Source: an uncultured Planctomycetales bacterium (GTDB lineage Bacteria; Planctomycetota; UBA1135). Taken from it: DNA of 34,739 bases. The stretch lies in contig CAZJGH010000001.1 in NCBI GenBank assembly GCA_964545405.1, positions 1 to 34,739 on the forward strand, given 5' to 3'. Below the pieces are notes generated by a model that did not search any database, was not told where the DNA came from, and worked only from the letters and a program-made list of their open reading frames with translations. A program made the position numbers and the translations under genes. This document shows, piece after piece, positions 1 to 12,259 of the stretch. Every line of letters begins with the position of its first letter. The first letter of the stretch is position 1.

Positions 1-3087
<3,087 letters not shown>

Positions 3088-3093
3088 CTGGAT

Positions 3094-4647
3094 CTACTTC
3101 AGGGCCTGAAGTAGGTCGCGGAAATCCTGACGACGGAATATCCACGCGCCGAGTGCGCCGCCGATCATTCCAGAGATGATTGCTGCAGACAACCCAATCA
3201 CCGAATAAGGATTGGGGCCGTACTCCATCGACAACCAAGCGGTGCAAGCAGCCAATAGCGCTGGGGCCAATAAAGTAGGGATCGATGCGAGCGCGATCGG
3301 GATTCTCAAGCCGATGGTCGACAACGTGGCGAGCAGGATCACGGTCTGCACACACATTGCGATGGCAGTTGCCCAGCCAGCTGCGGGTACGCCGTAGATG
3401 GGTAGCAGGAACCAGTCCAACAGCAGGTTAAGCGGGATGACTGCTACGGCCGCCAATGCCGGGATTCGGTAGGAACCGAGGCTTTGATGGGCGCGCACGA
3501 CCATTCCGCTGATCGCTGCGACCGGCAGTATCCACAAGTAAGCGAGCAGGACTGGAGTCAGGCGATCGATCTTCTCCGGAGTCATGGTGCCGTGCTCGAA
3601 CAACAAGGTGAGGGTCGGATGAGCGACCACCGCCAAGCCGATTCCGGCGGCGCACATGAGAAGCAGACTGCTTTCGCAACCGCGACGCAACGCGAGCGAC
3701 ATCTCAGTCATCTTGCGGCCAGCCGCAAGGCGCGAGAACATCGGCATCGCACCGGTCATGGCTGCGATGCCGACCAGTGCCAACGGCAAGTGAAGCATGC
3801 GATTGGCGTAGTGTGAGTAGTTGTTGGCGTCGGGGCCGACCAAGGCGCGAATCAGGAGCTGATCGATGGTAATGCTCACTTGCAGGGCAGCGAGACCGAC
3901 CAACGCCGGTGCGAAAGCTTTCAAGGCCGCGCGCAATCGCTTACTCAACTTGCCGAAGCGTGGCATCACCGGCCAGCCCACTCCGAACACGCCAGGCAGC
4001 TGCACCGCCCATTGCAGGATGCCGCCTGCGAGGATCCAAATCCACAAGTTGCTGAGGCGAACTTCCGCGTCATCGGAACTGATGACGTTGATCCATAAGC
4101 CGCCGATCCAGGCGATGTTGAGCAGGACCGGAGCCAAGGCGGTCAACAGGAAGCGACGCTTCAGGTTCTGTGGGGCGCCAGCCAACGCACACATGCAGAT
4201 TGGGATCAGGTAAGGCAGCAAGAAAGCCGCGAACAGCAGGGTGCGGCGAGTCTCGAAATTGGCTTCGATAGACGACAGCGAACTCCTCCAGATGATGATC
4301 AGCAACTCGCCGATGACGGTCAATCCGACCAAAAGCAGGAGCAGGAAGCCCATGAACCCTGCATAAAGGCGTTTGGCTGCCTCTTCTCCTTCCTCAGCTT
4401 CGGCCCGAGCCAGTGCCGGTTGCACGGCAGCTGAAACGGCACCTTCACCGAACAGGCGCCGGAACAGGTTCGGGAAAGTCCAGGCCAGGTTGAAAGCCCC
4501 CTGCGCGTCGCTCATTCCGAACACCGAGGCCATGTAGGCATCGCGTACGAAACCGAGAATCCTGGACAACAAAGTCCAGAATGACGTCAGCAATGCACCC
4601 CGCATGGCATGACGCCCCTCCCCAGTGGTTGCGGCCCCTTTCTGCAC
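3094..4647 (-). CDS. murJ: lipid II flippase MurJ/MviN
   Basis: 517-aa polytopic membrane protein. The N-terminal LLSRILGFVRDAYMASVFG matches the MurJ signature. The start is uncertain: an alternative Met15 lies at 4605. It converges on carB with a 6-nt gap. Confidence 0.85.
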   Translation of the reverse strand: MQKGAATTGEGRHAMRGALLTSFWTLLSRILGFVRDAYMASVFGMSDAQGAFNLAWTFPNLFRRLFGEGAVSAAVQPALARAEAEEGEEAAKRLYAGFMGFLLLLLVGLTVIGELLIIIWRSSLSSIEANFETRRTLLFAAFLLPYLIPICMCALAGAPQNLKRRFLLTALAPVLLNIAWIGGLWINVISSDDAEVRLSNLWIWILAGGILQWAVQLPGVFGVGWPVMPRFGKLSKRLRAALKAFAPALVGLAALQVSITIDQLLIRALVGPDANNYSHYANRMLHLPLALVGIAAMTGAMPMFSRLAAGRKMTEMSLALRRGCESSLLLMCAAGIGLAVVAHPTLTLLFEHGTMTPEKIDRLTPVLLAYLWILPVAAISGMVVRAHQSLGSYRIPALAAVAVIPLNLLLDWFLLPIYGVPAAGWATAIAMCVQTVILLATLSTIGLRIPIALASIPTLLAPALLAACTAWLSMEYGPNPYSVIGLSAAIISGMIGGALGAWIFRRQDFRDLLQALK

Positions 4648-4699
4648 GCAGGATTATGCCGCGCGCGGTGGTCAAAAAACAAATAAACACATTACTCTC

Positions 4700-4748
4700 T
4701 TGATATCGCATATCGCTAGAATTGCACTTACTCCCCTTCTAGAATGGC
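4700..4748 (+). promoter_or_regulatory. AT-rich divergent murJ/mrp control region with -10-like TAGAAT boxes
   Basis: Tandem ATATCGC ATATCGC at 4703-4716 directly abuts TAGAAT (4717-4722). A second TAGAAT lies at 4740-4745, inside TTCTAGAATGGC (4737-4748) and 15 nt before the mnhE ATG. The same 12-mer recurs upstream of thiI. Confidence 0.3.
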
Positions 4749-4759
4749 GAATCACTGGT

Positions 4760-5227
4760 ATGTACTACCTCATCCTCACGCTGTCCCTGTGCCTGTTCTG
4801 GGTGCTCCTGTCTGGGCATTTCACCGCCCTGCTGTTGAGCTTAGGGATTGCCTCGGTCCTGCTTGTGGTGTGGTTCTTGCGCCGCATGGATCGTGTCGAC
4901 GGTGAAGTTAGTTTCATGCGCATGAGTTTCGGCCTGGTCGGCTACCTGACGTGGCTTTTCGTCGCAGTAGTCAAGGCCAACATCGATGTCGTGCGACGGA
5001 TTTGGGCTCCGGAAATGCCGATCAGCCCTAACTGGACACGCATCGAGACGGGAATCGCCACCCCCCTTAAGAAAACCCTTTACGCCAACTCAATCACCCT
5101 CACCCCTGGCACCTTAACCACCGGTGCGCGCGAAGATCACCTTATGGTGCATTGCCTGACCAAGAGCAATGCCGAAGACTTGGGCGAAGGTGAAATGGAA
5201 AGACGCATTCGCAAACTAGTCCTGTAA
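4760..5227 (+). CDS. mnhE: Mrp/Mnh antiporter subunit E
   Basis: The ORF-track product, taken from Met46 (MYYLILTLSLCLFWVLLSGHF...), has MnhE-like length and topology and is the first gene of the coupled cluster. The upstream 45 codons overlap the murJ start and are rejected. Confidence 0.8.
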   Translation: MYYLILTLSLCLFWVLLSGHFTALLLSLGIASVLLVVWFLRRMDRVDGEVSFMRMSFGLVGYLTWLFVAVVKANIDVVRRIWAPEMPISPNWTRIETGIATPLKKTLYANSITLTPGTLTTGAREDHLMVHCLTKSNAEDLGEGEMERRIRKLVL

Positions 5228-5229
5228 TC

Positions 5230-5526
5230 ATGATTCTAGCCGCGGCGCTTGCCATCCTCTTCTCGATGGCGCTGGCACTGATTCGAGCTTTCCTGGGCCC
5301 GACAGCCTATGACCGCATGCTGTCAACCAACATGTTCGGCACCAACACCGTGTTGTTGATCGCAGTCGGTGGCTTCGCACTCGGCTGGAATAGTTTCGTC
5401 GATGTCGCACTCCTTTACGCGATGGTCAACTTCGTGAGTACCGTGGCGATCATGCGATTCTTCGAGCAGGACAAGACCGAGTACGAGATCTCACAATCGG
5501 AGGAGCCAAATGAGCATGGTCGTTGA
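5230..5526 (+). CDS. mnhF: Mrp/Mnh antiporter subunit F
   Basis: 98 aa. LIRAFLGPTAYDRMLSTN matches the MnhF motif (R..GPt..DR). It starts 2 nt after the mnhE stop. Confidence 0.85.
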   Translation: MILAAALAILFSMALALIRAFLGPTAYDRMLSTNMFGTNTVLLIAVGGFALGWNSFVDVALLYAMVNFVSTVAIMRFFEQDKTEYEISQSEEPNEHGR

Positions 5527-5875
5527 AGTCCTCAGTTGGATCTGCTTCCTGAGTGGAGGATTCCTGTGCATCTCCGGCAGTGTCGGCATGTTGCGCCTGC
5601 CTGATTTCTTCTCGCGTGTCCACGCTTCAAGCATCACCGAGACCCTGGCGACACCATTGCTGCTCGGCGGAGTGATGCTGCAGACAGGCTGGTCTCTCGA
5701 CACGCTGAAGCTCCTGATGGTGGCCGGATTCGTACTCTCCACCAACCCGACCGCCACTCATGCCATGGTCAAGGCGGCGTTGCACGATGGCCAGACACCA
5801 CTGGTGTTCGATAAAGGCAAGGCAAGCGAGGCAACTCCAGCAGAACCAGAGGAGGATCAGAAATCGACCAACTGA
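5510..5875 (+). CDS. mnhG: Mrp/Mnh antiporter subunit G
   Basis: 121 aa. GSVGMLRLPDFFSRVHASSITETL matches the MnhG motif (G..R.PDf..R.HA). It overlaps the mnhF 3' end by 17 nt. Confidence 0.85.
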   Translation: MSMVVEVLSWICFLSGGFLCISGSVGMLRLPDFFSRVHASSITETLATPLLLGGVMLQTGWSLDTLKLLMVAGFVLSTNPTATHAMVKAALHDGQTPLVFDKGKASEATPAEPEEDQKSTN

Positions 5876-5889
5876 TCAATCTCGTCCTG

Positions 5890-6843
5890 ATGGCATTCCT
5901 GGTGATCACAGCACTGGTCGCCATCCGCAAGACCGACCTCTTCGCCGTGGTCATGTTGTTCGGAATCTATAGTTTCCTTACTGCGGTGTTGTTCATGGAT
6001 CTTGATGCCGTCGACGTGGCCTTCACCGAGGCCGCAGTCGGTGCGGGCATCTCCACCGTCTTGATGTTGAGTACCTTGCGCCTGACTGGCCGCTTCGAGA
6101 AGAAACACCGACGCAACCCGATCCTGCCGCTGTTGGTGGTCTGCACTACCGGCGCGGCGTTGTTGTATGGAATGCTTGATGTACCTGAGTTCGGCGATCC
6201 GATGGCGCCGATACATCAGCATATGGCGCCGCGGTTCATCAATGAATCACCCACCGAGATTGGCGTCCCGAACATGGTCACTTCGGTGCTTGCCAGTTAC
6301 CGCGGCTACGACACCCTTGGTGAGACCACTGTCATCTTCACGGCTGGACTAGCGGTGTTGTTGCTGCTTGGACTTCGCGAAGGCGATAACCGACGCCCCG
6401 GACGTATGGCGATCGGCGACGCATTGGTGCTGCGGGTGGTCGTAAAGGTATTGATCGCCTTCATCCTGCTTTACGCCCTTTACGTGCAGTTCCACGGCGA
6501 TTACGGCGCTGGCGGCGGCTTCCAGGCGGGCGTCATCTTCGCCACTGGATTCGTCATCTATGACTTGGTGTTCGGCGAAGCCGATGTTCGCCGGGTGTTG
6601 CCACAATTGTGGTTGTCCCGACTCGCAGCTTTAGGCGTGCTGATCTATGCCGGCACTGGGGTCGCGTGCATGATCCTCGGCTACTCTTTCCTCGATTATT
6701 CAGCCCTTTCCCATGACCCGGTACATGGTCAACACCTCGGCATCCTGCTCATCGAGTTGGGAGTCGGCGTAGCGGTCTTCTCGGTCATCCTCACGATCTT
6801 CTACGCATTCTCCGGACTGCGCCGACCCAACCTAGCGGACTAG
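5890..6843 (+). CDS. mnhB: fused MbhD/MrpA-C-terminal (DUF4040-like) + MnhB subunit
   Basis: The N-terminal ~75 aa (DAVDVAFTEAAVGAGISTVLML) resemble the MrpA C-terminal/MbhD domain. The remainder (VTSVLASYRGYDTLGETTVIFTAGLAVLLLL) carries the MnhB signature. Confidence 0.8.
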   Translation: MAFLVITALVAIRKTDLFAVVMLFGIYSFLTAVLFMDLDAVDVAFTEAAVGAGISTVLMLSTLRLTGRFEKKHRRNPILPLLVVCTTGAALLYGMLDVPEFGDPMAPIHQHMAPRFINESPTEIGVPNMVTSVLASYRGYDTLGETTVIFTAGLAVLLLLGLREGDNRRPGRMAIGDALVLRVVVKVLIAFILLYALYVQFHGDYGAGGGFQAGVIFATGFVIYDLVFGEADVRRVLPQLWLSRLAALGVLIYAGTGVACMILGYSFLDYSALSHDPVHGQHLGILLIELGVGVAVFSVILTIFYAFSGLRRPNLAD

Positions 6844-6845
6844 CG

Positions 6846-7208
6846 ATGTACAACTACATTCTCGCGGTGTTCCTGATGATGGCTGGGTTCTATGTAGTCA
6901 TAGCGCAAGGCAACCTGGTGAAGAAGGTGATCGGTCTCGGCATGTTCCAGACCTCGGTGTTCATCCTCTACATCTCGATGGGCAAGGTCGACGGTGGAAC
7001 CGCACCTATCCTCGTCGAGGGGGTCGAGGTCTATTCGAACCCAGTGCCGCACGTCCTGATGCTGACCGCGATCGTGGTCGGTGTCGCGACCACTGCTGTA
7101 GGTTTGGCCTTGGTGATCCGCATTCACGAGGCATATGGCAGCATCGAGGAAGAAGACCTCCAGCACTTGGACAACTCGGTGGACGACTTCCAGGAGACCG
7201 GACTATGA
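6846..7208 (+). CDS. mnhC: Mrp/Mnh antiporter subunit C (NuoK-like)
   Basis: 120 aa with 3 TM segments. NLVKKVIGLGMFQTSVFILYISMG and HVLMLTAIVVGVATTAVGLALVIRIH are typical of MnhC/NuoK. Confidence 0.85.
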   Translation: MYNYILAVFLMMAGFYVVIAQGNLVKKVIGLGMFQTSVFILYISMGKVDGGTAPILVEGVEVYSNPVPHVLMLTAIVVGVATTAVGLALVIRIHEAYGSIEEEDLQHLDNSVDDFQETGL

Positions 7209-8686
7209 ACCTGTTCGATCATCTGCCGATCCTCGTGGTTCTGGTGCCGCTCCTGATCACACCAATCTGTTCACTGTTCCGCCGCGGCTCTGCTGCCAGA
7301 CATTTCGCATTGGTAGCTACATGGGGCACCTTTGGTTTGGCCAGCCTGATCCTGCGGCACGTCCTCGAGAACGGCACCATCCGCTACCACCTAGGAGGCT
7401 GGGAGCCCCCATGGGGCATCGAGTACCGCATCGACATCCTCGGTAGCTACGTCGTACTGATCGTCACTGGCATCGCTGCCTTGGTGATGAGTTTCGCCCG
7501 GCGCAGTATCGAGAGCGAGATTCCCGAGCGCCGTGCGGCCATCTTCTACGCCACCTTCCTCCTGTGTTTGACTGGCCTGATCGGCATGACCGTCACCGGC
7601 GACGCCTTCAACGTATTCGTCTTCCTGGAGATATCTTCACTGTCTTCCTATGCCCTCATCAGCATGGGTCGTGACAGGCGCGCCCTGAACGCGGCATTCC
7701 AATACCTGATCATGGGGTCCATCGGCGCGACCTTCATCCTCATCGGTATCGGTTTCCTCTACATGATGACCGGCACGTTGAACATGAATGACATGGCGAC
7801 GCGCCTGCCCGAGATCGCCAATACGCGCACGGTCCGAGTCGGCTTCGCCTTCTTGACCGTCGGCTTCGGCCTCAAGCTGGCGCTCTTCCCGCTGCACCTC
7901 TGGTTGCCGAACGCCTATGCCTACGCCCCCTCTGTAGTCAGCGCATTCCTGGCCGCGACCGCGACCAAAGTGGCGATCTACAGTCTGCTGCGTTTCCTGC
8001 TCGGCATCTTCGGCGTGAGCTTCGCATTAGGCGCAATGCCCTTCGACATGATCCTCATCGCCTTAGGGCTTGCCGGAATCCTGTCGGGGTCATTGGTCGC
8101 GGTATTCCAACGCAACGTCAAGCGCATGTTGGCTTATTCCAGCGTTGCACAAGTCGGCTACATCGCGTTGGGCATCGGCCTCGCTTCACAGACCGGATTG
8201 AGCGCGGCTGTCATGCACCTGTTCAATCACGCGATGATGAAGGGAGCGTTGTTCATGGCGTTAGGCGCCGTGATGTATCGAGTGGGTTCGGTGCGCATCA
8301 GGGCATTCCAAGGTCTTGGTCGCCAGATGCCCCTTACCATGGCAGCCATAACTATCGGTGGCCTTAGCCTCATAGGTGTACCTGGGACGGCCGGCTTCAT
8401 CAGTAAGTGGTACCTGGTCACGGCAACCTTGGAAGCAGGCCTGTGGCCACTGGCGATATTGATCCTGATCGGTTCCTTCATGGCGCTGATCTATATCGCC
8501 CGCATCCTTGAAGCAGCGTATTTCGGCAGTGCCAAGAACGGTAGCACCGTCCGTGAAGCTCCCTTGGCGATGTTGCTGCCTATCTGGATCCTGGTCGCGG
8601 CCAACATCTACTTCGGACTTCATACCGACTTGACTGCCGGCTTGGCCAACCAAGCTACCGCGGCGCTTCTGGAGGTGCTGCCATGA
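7205..8686 (+). CDS. mnhD: Mrp antiporter-like subunit D (NuoM/N family)
   Basis: 493-aa polytopic protein. LKLALFPLHLWLPNAYAYAPSVVSAFLAATATKVAIYSLLRF is the proton-conducting transporter family (NuoL/M/N, MrpA/D) core. ATGA start/stop overlap with mnhC. Confidence 0.85.
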   Translation: MNLFDHLPILVVLVPLLITPICSLFRRGSAARHFALVATWGTFGLASLILRHVLENGTIRYHLGGWEPPWGIEYRIDILGSYVVLIVTGIAALVMSFARRSIESEIPERRAAIFYATFLLCLTGLIGMTVTGDAFNVFVFLEISSLSSYALISMGRDRRALNAAFQYLIMGSIGATFILIGIGFLYMMTGTLNMNDMATRLPEIANTRTVRVGFAFLTVGFGLKLALFPLHLWLPNAYAYAPSVVSAFLAATATKVAIYSLLRFLLGIFGVSFALGAMPFDMILIALGLAGILSGSLVAVFQRNVKRMLAYSSVAQVGYIALGIGLASQTGLSAAVMHLFNHAMMKGALFMALGAVMYRVGSVRIRAFQGLGRQMPLTMAAITIGGLSLIGVPGTAGFISKWYLVTATLEAGLWPLAILILIGSFMALIYIARILEAAYFGSAKNGSTVREAPLAMLLPIWILVAANIYFGLHTDLTAGLANQATAALLEVLP

Positions 8687-10155
8687 GCCCCGACGTCCTC
8701 CTGCAGCTGATGATGGTGTTGCCGATGTTCTGCGTCATCGGCATCGTGTTGACTGGCAACCACCAGAACGTGCGCGAAGGCGTCACGTTGGTATTCGGCG
8801 TGGCGCTATTCGCGGTGGTCGCGACGCTCGCCAGCAAGGTCTCGATGAGCGACGCACCGGAGCTGATTCTTGCTGAACCGTTTCCAGGACTAGCACTGAA
8901 GCTCTCGCCGGAACCACTGGGCATCCTGTTCGCCTTGGTCGCGAGTTTCCTCTGGCCGGTCACTGCCACTTATGCGATCGGATATATGCGCGGCCATGGA
9001 GAGGTCAATCAGACCAGGTTCTTCGCCTGCTTCGCCCTATCGATCGCCGCCACCATGGGCATCGCCATGGCGGCCAACATGCTCACGCTGTTCGTCTTCT
9101 ATGAGCTGTTGACGCTTGCCACCTTCCCCCTGGTCACTCATCCCGGGACGCCTGTAGCGAAGCGTGCAGGACGGGTCTACCTTGGCATCTTGATGGGAAC
9201 ATCAGTGGCGTTCTTGTTGCTTGCCACGATCTGGACATACCACCTCACCGGAACGTTGGATTTCACTCGCGGCGGTCTCTTCGCGGAAGGCGAAGACAAG
9301 ACCATGCTGAGCATCCTGCTGCTGTTGTTCGTGTTCGGCACCGGCAAGGCTGCATTGATGCCATTCCATCGCTGGCTACCTGCCGCGATGGTCGCGCCCA
9401 CGCCGGTGTCCGCATTGCTGCACGCGGTGGCAGTGGTCAAGGCTGGTGTATTCACGGTGTTGAAGATCGCGGTCTACATCTTCGGCATCGACACCATAGC
9501 TGACTTGAGTGGCGCTCAAGTCCTGAGTTACTTCGCCGCATTCACCGTCCTGTCGGCATCGATCGTGGCGATGAGAAAGGACAACCTCAAGGCCCGGCTC
9601 GCCTATTCCACCATCAGTCAGCTCGCCTACATAGTGTTGGGTGCCATGGTCGGAACATCAACTGGCATCATCGGCGGCAGCATGCACATCGCGATGCACG
9701 CCTTCGGCAAGATCACCTTGTTCTTCTGTGCAGGTGCGATCCTTGTCGCCTCGCACCGGACCAGGATCAGCCAACTGGATGGCCTTGGCAGGAGAATGCC
9801 ATTCACCATGACGGCGTTCACTATCGGTGCCTTATCCATTATCGGCCTTCCCCCTATGGGTGGCACTTGGAGCAAGTGGATGCTGGTCCAAGGGACACTC
9901 GACGCCAGTGCTTGGACCTTGATGGCAGTGCTGCTGGTCTCGTCCCTACTCAACATCTCCTACCTGCTGGTCGTTCCGATGAGGGCATTCTTCGCCAAGC
10001 CTGTCGCCAATCCCAATGACCACCACGGCTCGAATGGCATCAAGGAAGCACCGCTACCGTCATTGATCGCCATCGGCATCACGTCCGTTGGTTGCTTGGC
10101 GTTGTTCTTCTTCCCTGACGGGCTTTACGGACTGACCCAGGAGATAGTGAGATGA
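8683..10155 (+). CDS. Mrp antiporter-like subunit, MrpA-core/NuoL-like (no MrpA C-terminal extension)
   Basis: 490 aa. GKAALMPFHRWLPAAMVAPTPVSALLHAVAVVKAGVF resembles the NuoL/MrpA motif (LHAATMVKAGVY). ATGA overlap with the preceding gene. Confidence 0.8.
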   Translation: MSPDVLLQLMMVLPMFCVIGIVLTGNHQNVREGVTLVFGVALFAVVATLASKVSMSDAPELILAEPFPGLALKLSPEPLGILFALVASFLWPVTATYAIGYMRGHGEVNQTRFFACFALSIAATMGIAMAANMLTLFVFYELLTLATFPLVTHPGTPVAKRAGRVYLGILMGTSVAFLLLATIWTYHLTGTLDFTRGGLFAEGEDKTMLSILLLLFVFGTGKAALMPFHRWLPAAMVAPTPVSALLHAVAVVKAGVFTVLKIAVYIFGIDTIADLSGAQVLSYFAAFTVLSASIVAMRKDNLKARLAYSTISQLAYIVLGAMVGTSTGIIGGSMHIAMHAFGKITLFFCAGAILVASHRTRISQLDGLGRRMPFTMTAFTIGALSIIGLPPMGGTWSKWMLVQGTLDASAWTLMAVLLVSSLLNISYLLVVPMRAFFAKPVANPNDHHGSNGIKEAPLPSLIAIGITSVGCLALFFFPDGLYGLTQEIVR

Positions 10156-10484
10156 GTGCCGACAACAAGCCTCAACTCAAGCCTAACGGCAAGCCCTACT
10201 TCTTCGATCAGCCGAAGAACGTCAAGCTGGTCATACGCGGCCTGTTGGTCCTTTGCGGCCTGCTGATCATCCTGGATGCGATCATCCACCGCCACCATGA
10301 TCACCCATGGGAGCGGATCTTCGCCTTCTATCCCATGTATGGCTTCGTGTCCTGTGTGGCGTTGGTGTTGCTGGCGAAGGAACTGCGCAAGGTGGTGATG
10401 CGCAGCGAGAATTACTACGACCCATACCCTGAGATCGAGCCGGAAGGGCTTAAGGAAAGTGAACGGGAGGAGAGCGATGCTTGA
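10152..10484 (+). CDS. small 2-TM membrane protein embedded in the Mrp cluster (unknown family)
   Basis: 110 aa. Two hydrophobic helices (LVIRGLLVLCGLLIILDAII; YGFVSCVALVLLAKEL) flank a His-rich loop (HRHHDHPW), followed by an acidic tail. ATGA overlap upstream and an 8-nt overlap with the next gene argue that it is translated. Confidence 0.6.
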   Translation: MSADNKPQLKPNGKPYFFDQPKNVKLVIRGLLVLCGLLIILDAIIHRHHDHPWERIFAFYPMYGFVSCVALVLLAKELRKVVMRSENYYDPYPEIEPEGLKESEREESDA

Positions 10485-12171
10485 AGTCGCCGTAACCGTC
10501 CCCCTCTTCGTCGGCGCGATCTTGGCTCTGGTGACGCGTGGCAAGTTGCGCAGCATCTTGATGCTGGCCGCTCCGGTGGTCGGCGCCTACTTGCTTTACA
10601 CATTGCCCACAGGTGCCACCGTGGAGGTGGACTTCATGGGCATGGAGCTGACGCCGATCCGCATCGACAGCCTATCGTTGTTGTTCGGCTACCTGTTCCA
10701 CCTGGCCGCCTTGATCGGCATCATCTATTCGCTTCACCTCAAGGACACGGCGCAACTGGTCAGCTCACTCGCCTATGCCGCATGTGCGGTCGGCGCCGTT
10801 TTCGCTGGTGACCTTCTGACCTTGTTCCTGTTCTGGGAAGGCCTGGCACTCACTTCATCGATCCTGGTATTCGCGCGGCGCAGTAACCGCTCCCTCGGTG
10901 CTGGCATCCGCTACCTGTTGGTACAGGTCCTTTCGGGCGTGCTGCTGTTGGCTGGAGCGATCGCTTGGCAACATGGTGGCAATGGCTTGGATTTCGGCCA
11001 TATCGGCATCGAGTCGATGGCCGGCAAGATCATTTGCGTGGCATTCGGGATCAAGGCAAGCTTCCCATTCGTCCACAACTGGCTTACGGACGCCTATCCT
11101 GAAGCAACGCCATGTGGCACCGTGTTCCTGAGCGCCTTCACCACCAAGGTCGCGATCTATGCCTTAGCGCGAGGCTACGCCGGCACCGAGATGTTGATCT
11201 ACGTCGGCGTCACGATGGCGTGCTTCCCGATCTTCTTCGCCGTCATCGCCAACGACCTGCGCCGCGTGTTGGCGTATAGCCTCATCAACCAGCTCGGCTT
11301 CATGGTCGTCGGCATCGGCATCGGCACCGAGCTCGCACTCAATGGTGCTGTTGCCCACGCCTTCAATGATGTGCTGTTCAAGGGACTGCTGATGATGAGC
11401 ATGGGTGCGGTCCTGCGCGTGACTGGTGAGATGCGCGGATCCGAGCTCGGCGGACTCTACAAGAAGATGCCCTACACGACCTTGATGTGCATGATCGGAG
11501 CTGCGTCGATCTCGGCATTCCCGCTGTTCAACGGCTTCGTGAGTAAATCGATGATCGTCTCGGCGGTCATCCAAGAAGGCCATGACTGGGTTTGGCTTGG
11601 CTTGTTGTTCGCTGCCGCTGGTGTGTTCCACCACGCCGGAATCAAGATCCCGTTCTTCGCGTTCTTCGGTCACAACTCCAAGCACATCGAGACTGCTCAC
11701 AGGCCGCCGCTCAACATGCTGGTGGCGATGACCATCTCGGCGACCTTATGTATCGGAATCGGCTGTTACCCGCAGGCCTTGTACCAACTGCTGCCCTACG
11801 GCAACGACTACGATCCATACACCGCCGGCCACGTGCTCGCGCAGATGCAGCTGCTTGCCTTCTCGGCCTTGGCCTTCATGAGCCTCAAGCTGTACAAGAT
11901 CTACCCACCTGAGCTGCGTTCGATTCACCTCGACGCTCAGTGGGTCTACCGTCGCTTCGTCCCCACGATCCTGCGTCACGCCCTGAGTGCGGTCATCATC
12001 ATCGACCGCCGCCTGCGCCGAACCGCCCTGACGATGATGTCTCGTGGTGTGATGGCCCTAGCCCGTCACCACCGATCCGAGGGAGTACTGGCCCGCAGTT
12101 GGCCGACGGGCTCGATGGTGCTGTGGGTAGCGATCCTGCTCGGCACATCACTCATGCTGTTCTACGTCTAG
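10477..12171 (+). CDS. Mrp antiporter-like subunit D (third NuoL/M/N-family paralogue, extended C-terminus)
   Basis: About 564 aa from Met at 10477 (MLEVAVTVPLFVG...). FGIKASFPFVHNWLTDAYPEATPCGTVFLSAFTTKVAIYALAR is the family core motif. The track start at 10459 is less likely. TAG stop. Confidence 0.8.
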   Translation: MLEVAVTVPLFVGAILALVTRGKLRSILMLAAPVVGAYLLYTLPTGATVEVDFMGMELTPIRIDSLSLLFGYLFHLAALIGIIYSLHLKDTAQLVSSLAYAACAVGAVFAGDLLTLFLFWEGLALTSSILVFARRSNRSLGAGIRYLLVQVLSGVLLLAGAIAWQHGGNGLDFGHIGIESMAGKIICVAFGIKASFPFVHNWLTDAYPEATPCGTVFLSAFTTKVAIYALARGYAGTEMLIYVGVTMACFPIFFAVIANDLRRVLAYSLINQLGFMVVGIGIGTELALNGAVAHAFNDVLFKGLLMMSMGAVLRVTGEMRGSELGGLYKKMPYTTLMCMIGAASISAFPLFNGFVSKSMIVSAVIQEGHDWVWLGLLFAAAGVFHHAGIKIPFFAFFGHNSKHIETAHRPPLNMLVAMTISATLCIGIGCYPQALYQLLPYGNDYDPYTAGHVLAQMQLLAFSALAFMSLKLYKIYPPELRSIHLDAQWVYRRFVPTILRHALSAVIIIDRRLRRTALTMMSRGVMALARHHRSEGVLARSWPTGSMVLWVAILLGTSLMLFYV

Positions 12172-12259
12172 AGCACTGACACCGCGCAATACCGAGCCTT
12201 TCTGCCATTGCGGACTCTTAGGTAATCATTTATGATGCGCGGTCAAACGGGGACCACGA

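Noticed and set aside
4625-4759. N-terminal extensions in the ORF track for mnhE (from 4625), thiI (from 22421) and the third mrpD (from 10459)
   Set aside because: The extensions run through promoter or intergenic sequence, or overlap the divergent murJ start or the tRNA-Val promoter. The internal Met positions (4760, 22466, 10477) give N-termini that match the family consensus and the operon coupling.
12172-12259. Possible structured RNA or terminator between the Mrp operon and the CBS gene (CGCAAT...ATTGCG inverted repeat)
   Set aside because: It is a 6-7-bp stem with a 16-nt loop and no T-tract. The 88-nt gap is too short and unremarkable to support a riboswitch or sRNA call.
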